A stretch of 64,000 nucleotides of DNA from Bacteroidetes bacterium ADurb.Bin145 (GCA_002070505.1 MWDJ01000014.1:4371-68370), one strand, 5' to 3'. Counted from the stretch's first letter, positions 10,490 to 20,283 are shown. Numbers and translations: made by a program. Notes: generated by a model not told the origin, from the letters alone.

Positions 10490-11020
10490 ATGAAGTTTGA
10501 AGACATCAAACTCAGGGCGCTGGAACCTGAAGACCTTGAACTTCTGTATGAATGGGAGAATAATGATTCGTACTGGCTTATCAGTAATACTCTGTCTCCA
10601 TTTTCAAAATATACTCTGAAGAGGTACCTCGAGAATTCACATAAGAACGTCTATGAGACAGGACAGCTAAGGCTGATGATAGATCTGATAAAGGAGAAGA
10701 AGACTATCGGTACTATCGATATTTTCGACTTCGATCCCTTTCATAAAAGAGCCGGCCTTGGGATACTTATTGCTGACGAAGAAGAGAGAAGAAAAGGTTA
10801 TGCTTCCATGGCGCTTAAATGCCTTATAAATTACTGTTTTACAACTCTGCAGCTGCATCAGCTGTATTGCAACATACTGGAAAACAACAGTGAGAGCATG
10901 GATCTCTTCACCAAGCTGGGCTTTACACAGATCGGGATCAAGAAAGACTGGGTAAAAACTGTCGATGATTATCTTGATGAATACATGTTCCAGCTGATCA
11001 ATCCCGATGAAAAACTTTAG
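10490..11020 (+). CDS. GNAT family N-acetyltransferase
   Basis: 176 aa. The RKGYASMALKCLINYCF..L.L.V...N..S..L..KLGF pattern is typical of the acetyl-CoA binding core of RimJ/SpeG-like GNATs. Confidence 0.75.
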   Translation: MKFEDIKLRALEPEDLELLYEWENNDSYWLISNTLSPFSKYTLKRYLENSHKNVYETGQLRLMIDLIKEKKTIGTIDIFDFDPFHKRAGLGILIADEEERRKGYASMALKCLINYCFTTLQLHQLYCNILENNSESMDLFTKLGFTQIGIKKDWVKTVDDYLDEYMFQLINPDEKL

Positions 11021-12681
11021 GGATTAGCTGTTTTTCTTGTGTCCCTGTATTCACCTTTGAAGTAATTCAGATTCAGTGCCTCATACCTTGTCTTAAGGAC
11101 CTCAAGCCTGGCAAGGAAATCATCGAAATCTTTGAGCCGGTCTGGGGTCCATCCTGTTTCAGCTATAGCAAATGCCCGTGGGAAAGCCATATATTCAAGA
11201 TACTCCGGTGTGGATATGTATTCAGTCCAGACATTGCCCTGAACACCAAGAATATACTTTCGCTCTTCTGCTGTCAGTTCTTCCGGAAGGGGATTAAATG
11301 AATAAACTTTTTCAAGCGGCACATAGCCGCCAATTGCTAGTGGCTGGCCTGCCGGTTCAGTCTGATAATAATCGAGGTAGGCAAAGCTCGTGGGTGTCAT
11401 AATAACATCATGTTTCTGCCGTGCTGCAGCTATGCCACCTTCGGTACCTCGCCATGACATCACTGTTGCTTCCGGTGCAAGGCCTCCTTCAAGGATCTCA
11501 TCCCAGCCAATTATCTTCTTTCCTTTCGAAGTCACAAATGATTCAATCCGCCTGATAAAGTAACTCTGAAGTTCATTCTCATCTGCAAGTCCTTCATCCT
11601 TAATTCTTTTCTGACACAAGGGACATTTCTCCCACCTGATCTTAGGACATTCATCGCCGCCTATATGGATATATTTCCCGGGGAAAAGATCAATTACTTC
11701 GGTCAGTACATCCTGGATGAAAGTGAAAGTTTCTTCTTTACCAGCACATAATACATCACTGAAAACTCCCCATGTTGTTCCGACCTCGAAAGGACCTTTC
11801 GTGCAAGCAATATCCGGATAGGATGCCAATGCAGCCAGGGAATGGCCCGGCATCTCTATCTCAGGTATCACTGTTATGAATTTCGATCCTGCATAATCAA
11901 TAATTTCCCTGATTTGCTCCTGTGTATAGAATCCGCCATATGCTTCACCGTCGAAAATATTGGGTTTATTACGGGCATGACCGACAACAGTCTCTTTTCT
12001 ATAAGCTCCGGTTTTGGTTAGTTCGGGAAGCTTTTTGATCTCAATCCTCCAGCCCTGATCATCTGTCAGGTGCCAGTGGAAAGTATTCATTTTATGCATG
12101 GCAAGCATATCGATATATTTCTTTATCTCCTCAACCGGGAACATATGACGACATACATCGAGATGCATCCCACGGTAGGTAAAAGCCGGTTCATCAACTA
12201 TGTCACATGCCGGAAGTGAAAGCTGAATCCCTTCGATTACTGATTCTTTCTCAACATCCGGGGGCAGCAGCTGCCTGATTGTCTGAACAGCATAAAAAAG
12301 TCCGGCGGCTGTCCGGGCTCTTACTATTATTTTTTTTGGAGTTATCCTGAGGGTATAACCTTCATTGTTTTTTACAGCAGTATCGAGAGTCATGAAAACT
12401 GATCCCCTGCCGGCCTTTGTACCTTCAATAACAGGTATTTCCATCCCTGTCGGATTCTTTATGAGAAGTGCCAGTGTCTCAGCCGCCACTTTTGTATCGT
12501 CATCAAGAGCAGATACGACGATCCTGCATTTTTCAGAAAAAAGAAAATTGCCTTTCTGTATTGTCATTGATAACGGTGCCGGAATGATTGCCATGGCATT
12601 CTCAGGAATTGTAACATTTGTTACATTACAGCTGCTTATAAAGATCATGATGATCGCGGTGATTAGGAGGTTGGTTTTCAT
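11017..12681 (-). CDS. Beta-N-acetylhexosaminidase (GH20)
   Basis: Signal/lipoprotein N-terminus. YRGMHLDVCRHMF, MNTFHWHLTDDQGWRIEIKK and HIGGDE catalytic motifs of GH20. Confidence 0.9.
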   Translation of the reverse strand: MKTNLLITAIIMIFISSCNVTNVTIPENAMAIIPAPLSMTIQKGNFLFSEKCRIVVSALDDDTKVAAETLALLIKNPTGMEIPVIEGTKAGRGSVFMTLDTAVKNNEGYTLRITPKKIIVRARTAAGLFYAVQTIRQLLPPDVEKESVIEGIQLSLPACDIVDEPAFTYRGMHLDVCRHMFPVEEIKKYIDMLAMHKMNTFHWHLTDDQGWRIEIKKLPELTKTGAYRKETVVGHARNKPNIFDGEAYGGFYTQEQIREIIDYAGSKFITVIPEIEMPGHSLAALASYPDIACTKGPFEVGTTWGVFSDVLCAGKEETFTFIQDVLTEVIDLFPGKYIHIGGDECPKIRWEKCPLCQKRIKDEGLADENELQSYFIRRIESFVTSKGKKIIGWDEILEGGLAPEATVMSWRGTEGGIAAARQKHDVIMTPTSFAYLDYYQTEPAGQPLAIGGYVPLEKVYSFNPLPEELTAEERKYILGVQGNVWTEYISTPEYLEYMAFPRAFAIAETGWTPDRLKDFDDFLARLEVLKTRYEALNLNYFKGEYRDTRKTANP

Positions 12682-13146
12682 TTATCCGGTATTTTATTAC
12701 CTTATAAATATATAATATTTTACGGGGGAGAAAAAGAAAAGATCGGATGTGAGGAGGAAGATCCTTACGTCTCTTCTTAATCACTATTCTTTTATTGGTG
12801 GTTTATAACACAACGACAAACCCATCCCAAGATTCGAATCAACCCATCTCCAAACCCCTTCGCGTAAAAAATAACTACTCTTTATACACATCTTAAAACC
12901 GCGAAGCGGTATGCAGGTATATTAAGCCCCTTCAGGGCTTACATCAGGAGAGATACCTTTACCTCCGGTTGCACCGGAGGTTATTCATATTCAGTCATTT
13001 CATGACTGCTTTGTTAAGCCCTTATCAGGGCTTTGTATCCGGGTTAATTACCGTTTACTCAAGGTATCTACCCTTTATACACATCCTTTAATACACTTCT
13101 GTAATAGGCTGGAGATTCCTCATTTCGTCCCGCTGGAGCGTGACTT

Positions 13147-13290
13147 CATTCGGAATGACACGGTGTTTTTGTGTGTAGTAGGGGGAATGAGGCGGGGCGT
13201 TTTGCCAGAAGGCTGCTACAAGAAAAAAATTGTATCAAAACGCCCCGCCTCATTCCCCCTTATCTCAATGAAGACCGTGTCATCCCGAAC
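13147..13290. repeat. Nested long palindrome (REP/MITE-like element)
   Basis: Perfect 24-nt arms gggggaatgaggcggggcgttttg (13181-13204) and caaaacgccccgcctcattccccc (13236-13259) around a 31-nt loop. An outer 16-nt arm pair, ttcggaatgacacggt / accgtgtcatcccgaa, has one mismatch. Confidence 0.85.
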
Positions 13291-13462
13291 AAGTTAATCC
13301 TGAGTTTACGAAGGATTAACGAGTGAGGGATCTCCTCCTTTCGGCAGAGAATAAAAGAAAGATGTGTATAAAGGGCAGAGCCTTAATAGAAGGGGACTTG
13401 TGGATGAGTTCTTAAGCCAGAGAAAGGGTCAGGGTGATAATGTTATCGCTTAAAACTTGCTT

Positions 13463-14485
13463 TCAGACCTTTCGCAATCCCGCCGCCAGCAGTCCGCAGG
13501 CTGCATTTATATCTGCTCCTCTCGACCTTCTTACAGATGCTGATATCCCTGATATGATCAGATTGTGCTTAAAATACATCATCCTGTCATCCGGGGATGA
13601 AATATTATTGTCACCGGGTACAGGATGATAAGGTAGCAGATTGACCCGTATGCCGGAACCCTTTATCAGATCAATGAGCTCCGTCAGATGCCTGTCAGTG
13701 TCGTTGATACCTTTTATCATTATGTATGCAACGCTGAACCTTCTTTTCTTCTGAAGTGGATGATCCTTCATTATTGCGATAGTTTTCCTGGCTGGGAAGG
13801 CCTTTTCTGCAGGAATGACTTTTTCCCTCTCCTCCGGGAAGGGAGAATATAGGCTCAGTGTCAGATTACAGTCCGATCGGTTTATGAATTCAACTACTGC
13901 ATCGGTAATTCCGACTGTTGATACGGTAATATTCCGTCTTGCTATTGCGACGCCCCATTCTGAAGTCAGTATTTCACAGGCTTTCAGGACATTATCAAGA
14001 TTATCCATAGGTTCTCCCATCCCCATGAAAACAACATGTGTTACATTGACCTCAGTGTTTAAACTGATTACCTGATTAACTATCTCACCGGCGCTCAGGT
14101 CACCGTGGTAGCCATACCTGGCTGTCATGCAATACGAACAGCCCATCCTGCAACCCGACTGGGTTGAAACACAAACTGTATTGCGTTTTTTATCAGGAAT
14201 AAGAACTGTCTCAAACTGCCTGGTGTCTGGTGTTCTGAAAATGTATTTCGTGGTTCCGTCCGAAGATGATACAGAAGATACAGGAGGATAAAGCCCCGTT
14301 TCCGAAGTCTGAGAAAGAAAATCCCTGAGTTTTCGTGGCAGTCCTGATGATGAACAAAGATCCCGGATCCCCTTCTTATAAATTAGATGGGATATCTTTA
14401 AAGCATGACTTCTCGTGAAACCGCCAGGCTGAATTATCCCGAAGATCTCTTCAACAGTAAAACCGCACAAAGAAGTTTTATCCAT
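13463..14485 (-). CDS. rlmN: RlmN/Cfr-family radical SAM RNA adenine methyltransferase
   Basis: CRMGCSYC radical-SAM cluster motif, GMGEPMDN, and a C-terminal RRSRGADINAACGLL with the conserved Cys. Confidence 0.8.
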   Translation of the reverse strand: MDKTSLCGFTVEEIFGIIQPGGFTRSHALKISHLIYKKGIRDLCSSSGLPRKLRDFLSQTSETGLYPPVSSVSSSDGTTKYIFRTPDTRQFETVLIPDKKRNTVCVSTQSGCRMGCSYCMTARYGYHGDLSAGEIVNQVISLNTEVNVTHVVFMGMGEPMDNLDNVLKACEILTSEWGVAIARRNITVSTVGITDAVVEFINRSDCNLTLSLYSPFPEEREKVIPAEKAFPARKTIAIMKDHPLQKKRRFSVAYIMIKGINDTDRHLTELIDLIKGSGIRVNLLPYHPVPGDNNISSPDDRMMYFKHNLIISGISASVRRSRGADINAACGLLAAGLRKV

Positions 14486-14569
14486 AATACTTTCCCAGAG
14501 TGTAAAAATAAGCCGATTATAGATATCTTAGCAGGAATAAGTTTAATCCGATTAAAATCAAGTTTCAAA

Positions 14570-15679
14570 ATGACAGACCGGGATTCACTGTACATCTACT
14601 ACATATCAGGTACAGGTAATGCCCGGATATCGTCTCAATGGATCGCCGAACAGGCAATTAAAAAAGGCATGCGGACGGTAGTTCAGCAGATCGACAGGCT
14701 TGAGAATATTACAATGCCCCGGGCTGGTGAAAATACGCTTATCGGATTTGCCTTCCCCACTCATGGATTTAATGCAGCACCCATAATGCTGCGTTTTCTG
14801 GCAGGGTTTCCTGCAGGTTTATGCAGGGATGTTTTTCTTGTAAACACCCGTGCAGGGATGAAAATGTCAAAGATTTTCCTTCAGGGATTAAGCGGCCTGG
14901 CCCTGATACTTCCCGCCTTCATCCTGATGCTGAAGGGCTACAGATGCATCGGCTTCCGGCCGGTAGATCTTCCTTCAAACTGGATCCCCCTCCATCCCGG
15001 ACTTCGTGAAAAGATCATTAAATCGATCTTTGAGAGATGTGAACCGATAGTCAGGAATTTTGCTGACAGGATCCTGGCGGGAGAGAAAATCTACCGAGGA
15101 TTATACAGCCTTCCTGTCGACATCCTTATAAGTCCGATAGCAGTTGCTTATTATATCGGTGGGAGGTTTTTCCTTTCCAAGACTTTTATCGCAAGTAACA
15201 AATGCAATAATTGCGGAATATGTGTAAAGGAATGCCCTACATCATCAATAATCATGGTACGCGACAGACCCTATTGGAAACTAACATGCGAAAGCTGCAT
15301 GAGATGTCTTAATAACTGCCCTCAAAGGGCCATTGAGGCAACCCACGGGATGGCAACTTTATTCATCATAATCATTACTGCAATAAATGCAAGAATATTC
15401 CTCTTCATGACCGCTCTTCTGAACATCCATCCGGATGTCTGGTGGTGGAAAATATTATCGGATTTAATTGGGATTGCAGTCATGGTTGCAATAAGCGCAG
15501 GATTATATGTCTTTGTACACTACGCAGTGGGATTCAAACCCCTGAATTATCTTGTCCGTTTTACCTCACTTACCACTCTTCCATTCTGGAGAAGGTACAG
15601 GTATAATAAAGACAAGGAGAAGGAGAAAAAGAACAATAACCATGTCAGAACTTCTGCAGTTGTCAATCCATTCCGATGA
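14570..15679 (+). CDS. EFR1-like flavodoxin-fold / 4Fe-4S dicluster ferredoxin protein with C-terminal membrane helices
   Basis: I prefer the ATG at 14570 because the track start at 14405 overlaps rlmN. YIYYISGTGNA flavodoxin-like N-terminus. Two Cys clusters, CNNCGICVKECP and CESCMRCLNNCP. Hydrophobic helices near the C-terminus. Confidence 0.7.
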   Translation: MTDRDSLYIYYISGTGNARISSQWIAEQAIKKGMRTVVQQIDRLENITMPRAGENTLIGFAFPTHGFNAAPIMLRFLAGFPAGLCRDVFLVNTRAGMKMSKIFLQGLSGLALILPAFILMLKGYRCIGFRPVDLPSNWIPLHPGLREKIIKSIFERCEPIVRNFADRILAGEKIYRGLYSLPVDILISPIAVAYYIGGRFFLSKTFIASNKCNNCGICVKECPTSSIIMVRDRPYWKLTCESCMRCLNNCPQRAIEATHGMATLFIIIITAINARIFLFMTALLNIHPDVWWWKILSDLIGIAVMVAISAGLYVFVHYAVGFKPLNYLVRFTSLTTLPFWRRYRYNKDKEKEKKNNNHVRTSAVVNPFR

Positions 15680-15766
15680 TATGGACCTGACCAGAACATT
15701 GTCTTGTATTTATTTGAAAATGAACAACTAGTGGCCGGATCTGAAAAGAAATAAACATTATATTTT

Positions 15767-16915
15767 ATGACGCAAGACAGCATTCATCAATATGGTTATA
15801 ACCGGGATTTCCTGAGAAAGTATGTCCGGGTTATCGAATTAAAGAATGACAATTCTGCAATTGTCCTTGTACCAGCATGGCAGGGAAGGGTGATGACAAG
15901 CACCGCAGAAGGGGAAGAAGGGTTTAGTTTCGGTTGGATCAACCATAGCCTGATATCTTCAGGGAAGACGCAGCCACATATAAACGCTTATGGAGGAGAG
16001 GAAAGACTCTGGATCGGACCCGAAGGAGGACAGTTCTCGATTTTTAATAAAGCGGGAGCTGCTTTCAGATATGATAACTGGCAGACTCCGGCTTTTATCG
16101 ACACTGAACCCTTTAAGGTCACAAGGTTAACTGACTCTTCTGCCTCATTTGCCCGTGATGCTGAAACTGAAAATTATAGCGGAACAAAGTTCAGATTGGG
16201 ACTTGAAAGAGACGTGATACTTCTGGGGGCGAAAGAAATAAGCGCACGGACCGGCGTTGAAATTACAGGACTGAATGTCGCAGCATACAGGACAAAAAAC
16301 AGGATCATCAATAAAGGCATGCGTCAATGGAAGAAAGAGACCGGATTGCTTTCTATCTGGATGCTGGGTATGTTCAATATAACTCCTTCAGTAGTGGTCG
16401 TGATCCCATTCAGGCCGGGCAATGATAATCTGCTTGGTCCTCCGGTAAATGACGATTACTTCGGCAGGATGTCATCTGACCGTTTGATTGTAAAAGGCAA
16501 TCATATTTTTTTCAGGATCGATGGAAAGAACAGAAAGAAAATAGGACTCTCACCACTGAGAGCCACAGGTATAATGGGAAGCTATGATGCCGCCAACAAT
16601 ATCCTGAATATCGTAAAATGCGATCTTCCGGAGGGAGTCACAGACTACGTCAATAATTCATGGCACATACAGGATGATCCATATTCGGGTGATGCCCTGA
16701 ACTCATATAACGACGGACCGCTTGAAGACGGATCACAGATGGGTCCTTTTTACGAGCTGGAATCGCTTTCTCCGGCTTTTGAACTTAAACCTGGTGAGCA
16801 TCTTGAGCATAACCAGGTCACAATGCACCTCACAGGTGAAAGGAAGATTCTGGACCAGGTATCATTAAAAGTTCTGGGTGTATCTCTTGAAGAAATCGGA
16901 AAGGCTTTTCTTTAG
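15767..16915 (+). CDS. Conserved hypothetical protein (no family confidently recognised)
   Basis: Long uninterrupted ORF with an ATG start and normal composition. No catalytic motif recognised. Confidence 0.6.
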   Translation: MTQDSIHQYGYNRDFLRKYVRVIELKNDNSAIVLVPAWQGRVMTSTAEGEEGFSFGWINHSLISSGKTQPHINAYGGEERLWIGPEGGQFSIFNKAGAAFRYDNWQTPAFIDTEPFKVTRLTDSSASFARDAETENYSGTKFRLGLERDVILLGAKEISARTGVEITGLNVAAYRTKNRIINKGMRQWKKETGLLSIWMLGMFNITPSVVVVIPFRPGNDNLLGPPVNDDYFGRMSSDRLIVKGNHIFFRIDGKNRKKIGLSPLRATGIMGSYDAANNILNIVKCDLPEGVTDYVNNSWHIQDDPYSGDALNSYNDGPLEDGSQMGPFYELESLSPAFELKPGEHLEHNQVTMHLTGERKILDQVSLKVLGVSLEEIGKAFL

Positions 16916-16948
16916 CAAGAGTTGATCAAAAATATCCTGTGCTGCCTC

Positions 16949-19054
16949 CTAAAGAAATCCAAGGTTCCTGAGATATGGCTCAATACCCGGCTCATGACCC
17001 CGGAAATTGACATACATCTGCATCGGATCCATTATACCATTCTCCTGAAGTATGTTCTTACGGTATGAATCAGCCGTGCCTTTATCAAAGATCCCCTTCT
17101 CTTTGAATGCTTCGAAGGCATCATTATCCAGGACCGCTGCCCAGGTATAACTATAATAACCGGAATCATATCCGCCGGTAATATGTGTAAAGTAAGTACT
17201 TCTGTAACGAGATACTATTTCAGGTATCAGTCCCAGCCTGGTAAAATATTCCTTTTCGAAAGTCTGGACATCAATTTTTACAGGAGCTTCGAGGGTGTGA
17301 TAGGCCATATCGAGTAGTGATGCTGCATATATTTCAACATTGCTGAATCCCTGGTTGAAGAAACTGCTGTTCTTTATCTTATCGATGAGTTCCTTCGGCA
17401 TAGGTTCTCCTGTTTTATAATGTTTAGCATAAATGCTCAGCATTTCCGGTTCAGTAACCCAGTGTTCCATAAGCTGGGAAGGAAGTTCTACAAAATCCCA
17501 GGCTACATAGGTCTGATTGTAGCTGTTCTTGTTGCTCAGAGCGTCAAGCGCATGCCCGAATTCATGGAAAAGAGTAGAGACCTCTTCCATAGTTAAAAGA
17601 ACCGGATCGTTCCCGGCCGGAGGAGTAAAATTAAAGACTGTTGTTACAACCGGAGTGATGATTTTCTGATCGGCAGCGAGCTTATGAATCCTGTATGTCA
17701 GACACCATGCGCCCTGTCTTTTGCTGTCTCTCGGGAAGAAATCCATATACAGGACTCCAAGATGAGAGCCATCTGCATCTTTAACCTCAAATGCCTGAGC
17801 ATCAGGGTGAGGAAGAGGTATATCATTCATTGGCGAAAATGTCATACCAAAGAGTTTGCTGGCAAGAGTAAAGGCCCCTTCCCGTACATTATCGAGCTTA
17901 AAATATGGCTTCAGCTCCTCTTCATCCAAATCATATTTCTGCTTCCTGAGCTTCTCGGCATAATACCACCAGTCGCTGGGTTCAAGTTTAAATTTCCCTC
18001 CCTCCCTGTCTATTATCTTCTGCATTTCCACAACTTCTTTCTTAGCAACAGGAATTGCTTTTTCCCACAGGTTGTTCAGCAGATTAAAGACATTTTCAGG
18101 TTCCTTTGCCATCCTGGGTTCAAGAACAATATCAGAATGGTTCTTATAGCCAAGCAGTTTAGCTCTTTCTGCCCTGAGACTAATGATCTCAGCAAGTATC
18201 TTATTATTGTCGTATTCATTGCCATTATTACCTCTGTTGATATAGGCGTTGAAGATCTCATGGCGCAGCTCCCTGTTGGGAGAATACTGAATGAAAGGGA
18301 AAATACTCGGACGCTGTGTTGTAAACGCCCATTTATCTTCCTGTCCGGCTGCTTTCGCAACCTCGGCTGCTGAAGCGACAAGAGATTCCGGAAGACCTTT
18401 AAGATCATCCTTACCGACATAGAGTTTATAATTGTTCGTTTCAGCCAGAACATTCTGATCATACTTAACAGTCAGAACAGAAAGTTTCTGGTTTATCTTC
18501 TTCAGGGAATCCTGGTCTTCCTTTGAGAGATTTGCCCCCAGTCTGACATATTCCTTATACAGGTTTTCAAGAATAAAAAGCTGTTCCGGTGTCAGATTAC
18601 TTTCGGCTCTCTTTTCATAGACCTGTTTGATCCTTTTGAACAGTTCAGGATTAAGTTTCTTTTCGTCCTCGTATTCTGAAATTTTAGGTGATATTTCCAT
18701 CTCAATGGCCTGAAGTGAATCATTCGTATTAGCCTCAGCCTGGCCATAGAAAACGTCCCTGACAGTTATGAAAAGGTCATTGCATCTGTCGAGGGCTTCT
18801 ATAGTATTTGCGAAAGTTGGTTCCGCCCTATTCTTCACTATCTTTTCAATTTCTTTTCTTCCGTCAGCCATCCCTTTCTCGAATGCCGGCATATAGTGTT
18901 TTGCCATTATTTTTTCGAAGGGAGGAACATTGAAAGGAGTATTAAACTCACCGAAGAAAGGATTTGATTTATCAATTTCTTGCTTCGGTTTGCATGAATA
19001 TATTGTCATGACGCTTAAAGCGATAATAATGAGTAGTTTAAAATGATTTTTCAC
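16949..19054 (-). CDS. dcp: M3 family metallopeptidase (peptidyl-dipeptidase Dcp-like), probable lipoprotein
   Basis: HEFGHAL zinc motif with the downstream E of the M3 family. The track start at 19114 is a TTG. A GTG at 19054 gives a clean lipoprotein signal, (M)KNHFKLLIIIALSVMTIYSC. The start is uncertain (19114, 19054 or 19009). Confidence 0.85.
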   Translation of the reverse strand: MKNHFKLLIIIALSVMTIYSCKPKQEIDKSNPFFGEFNTPFNVPPFEKIMAKHYMPAFEKGMADGRKEIEKIVKNRAEPTFANTIEALDRCNDLFITVRDVFYGQAEANTNDSLQAIEMEISPKISEYEDEKKLNPELFKRIKQVYEKRAESNLTPEQLFILENLYKEYVRLGANLSKEDQDSLKKINQKLSVLTVKYDQNVLAETNNYKLYVGKDDLKGLPESLVASAAEVAKAAGQEDKWAFTTQRPSIFPFIQYSPNRELRHEIFNAYINRGNNGNEYDNNKILAEIISLRAERAKLLGYKNHSDIVLEPRMAKEPENVFNLLNNLWEKAIPVAKKEVVEMQKIIDREGGKFKLEPSDWWYYAEKLRKQKYDLDEEELKPYFKLDNVREGAFTLASKLFGMTFSPMNDIPLPHPDAQAFEVKDADGSHLGVLYMDFFPRDSKRQGAWCLTYRIHKLAADQKIITPVVTTVFNFTPPAGNDPVLLTMEEVSTLFHEFGHALDALSNKNSYNQTYVAWDFVELPSQLMEHWVTEPEMLSIYAKHYKTGEPMPKELIDKIKNSSFFNQGFSNVEIYAASLLDMAYHTLEAPVKIDVQTFEKEYFTRLGLIPEIVSRYRSTYFTHITGGYDSGYYSYTWAAVLDNDAFEAFKEKGIFDKGTADSYRKNILQENGIMDPMQMYVNFRGHEPGIEPYLRNLGFL

Positions 19055-19190
19055 TATCAGATGTATTAGAAGGTTAGTTGGTAAAAAATTTATACAAAAG
19101 TAGAATTTTCTCAAATATTTTAGGTGCTAAGGTAAATTTTAAATAAATTAGCATAGTGCTAAAAGGTTTAATAATTTAAATATCTGTACT

Positions 19191-19973
19191 ATGAAAACAT
19201 CGCTGCTTCTTTCCAGGTTGTCTGTCGCCATTTTTCTACTGAGTTTTACTCTGAACTCTTCCGGACAGACAGTTATTTTTTCTGAAGATTTTTCAGGTTT
19301 TACGACAGGATCACACACTTCGCCTTCAACGAGTGATATCTCAGGCTCGTTGGATTCAAGAACACATCAGCCCGGATGGTCGGGATATAAGGTTTATTCC
19401 GCAGGAGGGGAGATCAAGACCGGTACTTCCACAGTACCGGGATGGATAGAGACACCATCAATTGATTTCAGTGGTCACTCCTCGCAGCTATTCCTGAAAT
19501 TTGATATTTCAAGATGGCCCGATGATGAATGTACAGTGAAGATCCTACTTAATGGTGACCAGATAGGAGATATAATTTCTCCTGAGGATGAATTTAAAAC
19601 TATCATCATGGCTATAGGTCAAGGCATTACATCGGGTAAGATAAGGTTTGAATCGCAGGCTAAAAGGTACTTTCTCGACAATGTGATAATCGAAGCCGGA
19701 GAAGTGACTGCTGTCCAGCATATCAAGACTGATCATCATCTGCAGATAAGTGTATTCCCTAATCCGTCAGCAGATATTATTACAGTGAACAATATTGGAA
19801 GTTTCAGCCGGCTGGATATAATCAGTATTAGTGGTGAAATATGTAAGGTAGTTGTTCTGTCGCGTGAAGATAAGATTGAGATCACGACTGAAGGATTAAG
19901 GCCTGGTGTTTATTTTGTAAAAGTCTCAGGAATAGCAGGTTCCGTAACGAAGAAGTTCATCAAATACAGATAG
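19191..19973 (+). CDS. Secreted protein with a T9SS C-terminal sorting domain
   Basis: Signal peptide. The C-terminal ~80 aa (ISVFPNPSADIITVNN...GVYFVKVSG...KKFIKYR) match the type A Por secretion tail pattern. Confidence 0.75.
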   Translation: MKTSLLLSRLSVAIFLLSFTLNSSGQTVIFSEDFSGFTTGSHTSPSTSDISGSLDSRTHQPGWSGYKVYSAGGEIKTGTSTVPGWIETPSIDFSGHSSQLFLKFDISRWPDDECTVKILLNGDQIGDIISPEDEFKTIIMAIGQGITSGKIRFESQAKRYFLDNVIIEAGEVTAVQHIKTDHHLQISVFPNPSADIITVNNIGSFSRLDIISISGEICKVVVLSREDKIEITTEGLRPGVYFVKVSGIAGSVTKKFIKYR

Positions 19974-20064
19974 AACCAGAAAAATTATCTTCGATTTCAG
20001 GTTATAAACTGAATTCTTTGAATAAAATTCTTCATTTTTGCAGGGAGATTTACGAGATGAGATA

Positions 20065-20190
20065 TCCTCCTTCACCGCCTGATGGCAGTTACGGAGGACA
20101 GAGGTAAAGATAAATACAAGTCCTCCTTGTCTGAAGCAAGATGATTACGGAGGATATGGATGGTCCTCCTACGCCGAAGCTACGGAGGAC
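20065..20190 (+). promoter_or_regulatory. Three consecutive leader hairpins (CCTCC...TACGGAGG) immediately 5' of tRNA-Ser(CGA)
   Basis: Arm pairs tcctcc(20065-70)/ggagga(20093-98), gtcctcc(20120-26)/ggagga(20149-54) and gtcctcc(20163-69)/ggaggac(20184-90). Loops contain ctgaagc- or ccgaagc-like motifs. Confidence 0.6.
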
Positions 20191-20194
20191 GGAG

Positions 20195-20283
20195 GGAGAG
20201 ATGGCAGAGTGGTCGAATGCGGCGGTCTCGAAAACCGTTGTCCCGCTTCCGCGGGATCGGGGGTTCGAATCCCCCTCTCTCCG
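20195..20283 (+). tRNA. tRNA-Ser (anticodon CGA)
   Basis: Hand-folded cloverleaf. Acceptor GGAGAGA/TCTCTCC, anticodon stem GCGGT/ACCGT with loop CTCGAAA, a long variable arm (class II), T arm GGGGG-TTCGAAT-CCCCC, discriminator G. No encoded CCA. Confidence 0.9.

Noticed and set aside
14405-14569. The 55-codon N-terminal extension of the ferredoxin-like ORF as given in the track.
   Set aside because: It overlaps the 5' end of rlmN on the opposite strand. It lies upstream of an ATG (14570) that starts the recognisable flavodoxin-like domain. It is probably not translated.
17684-18373. 229-aa plus-strand ORF and the 128-aa ORF at 18076-18462 inside the M3 peptidase gene.
   Set aside because: They are antisense or out-of-frame to a strongly supported gene (HEFGH motif). 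Composition is odd and Phe/Ile/Cys-rich, with no motifs.
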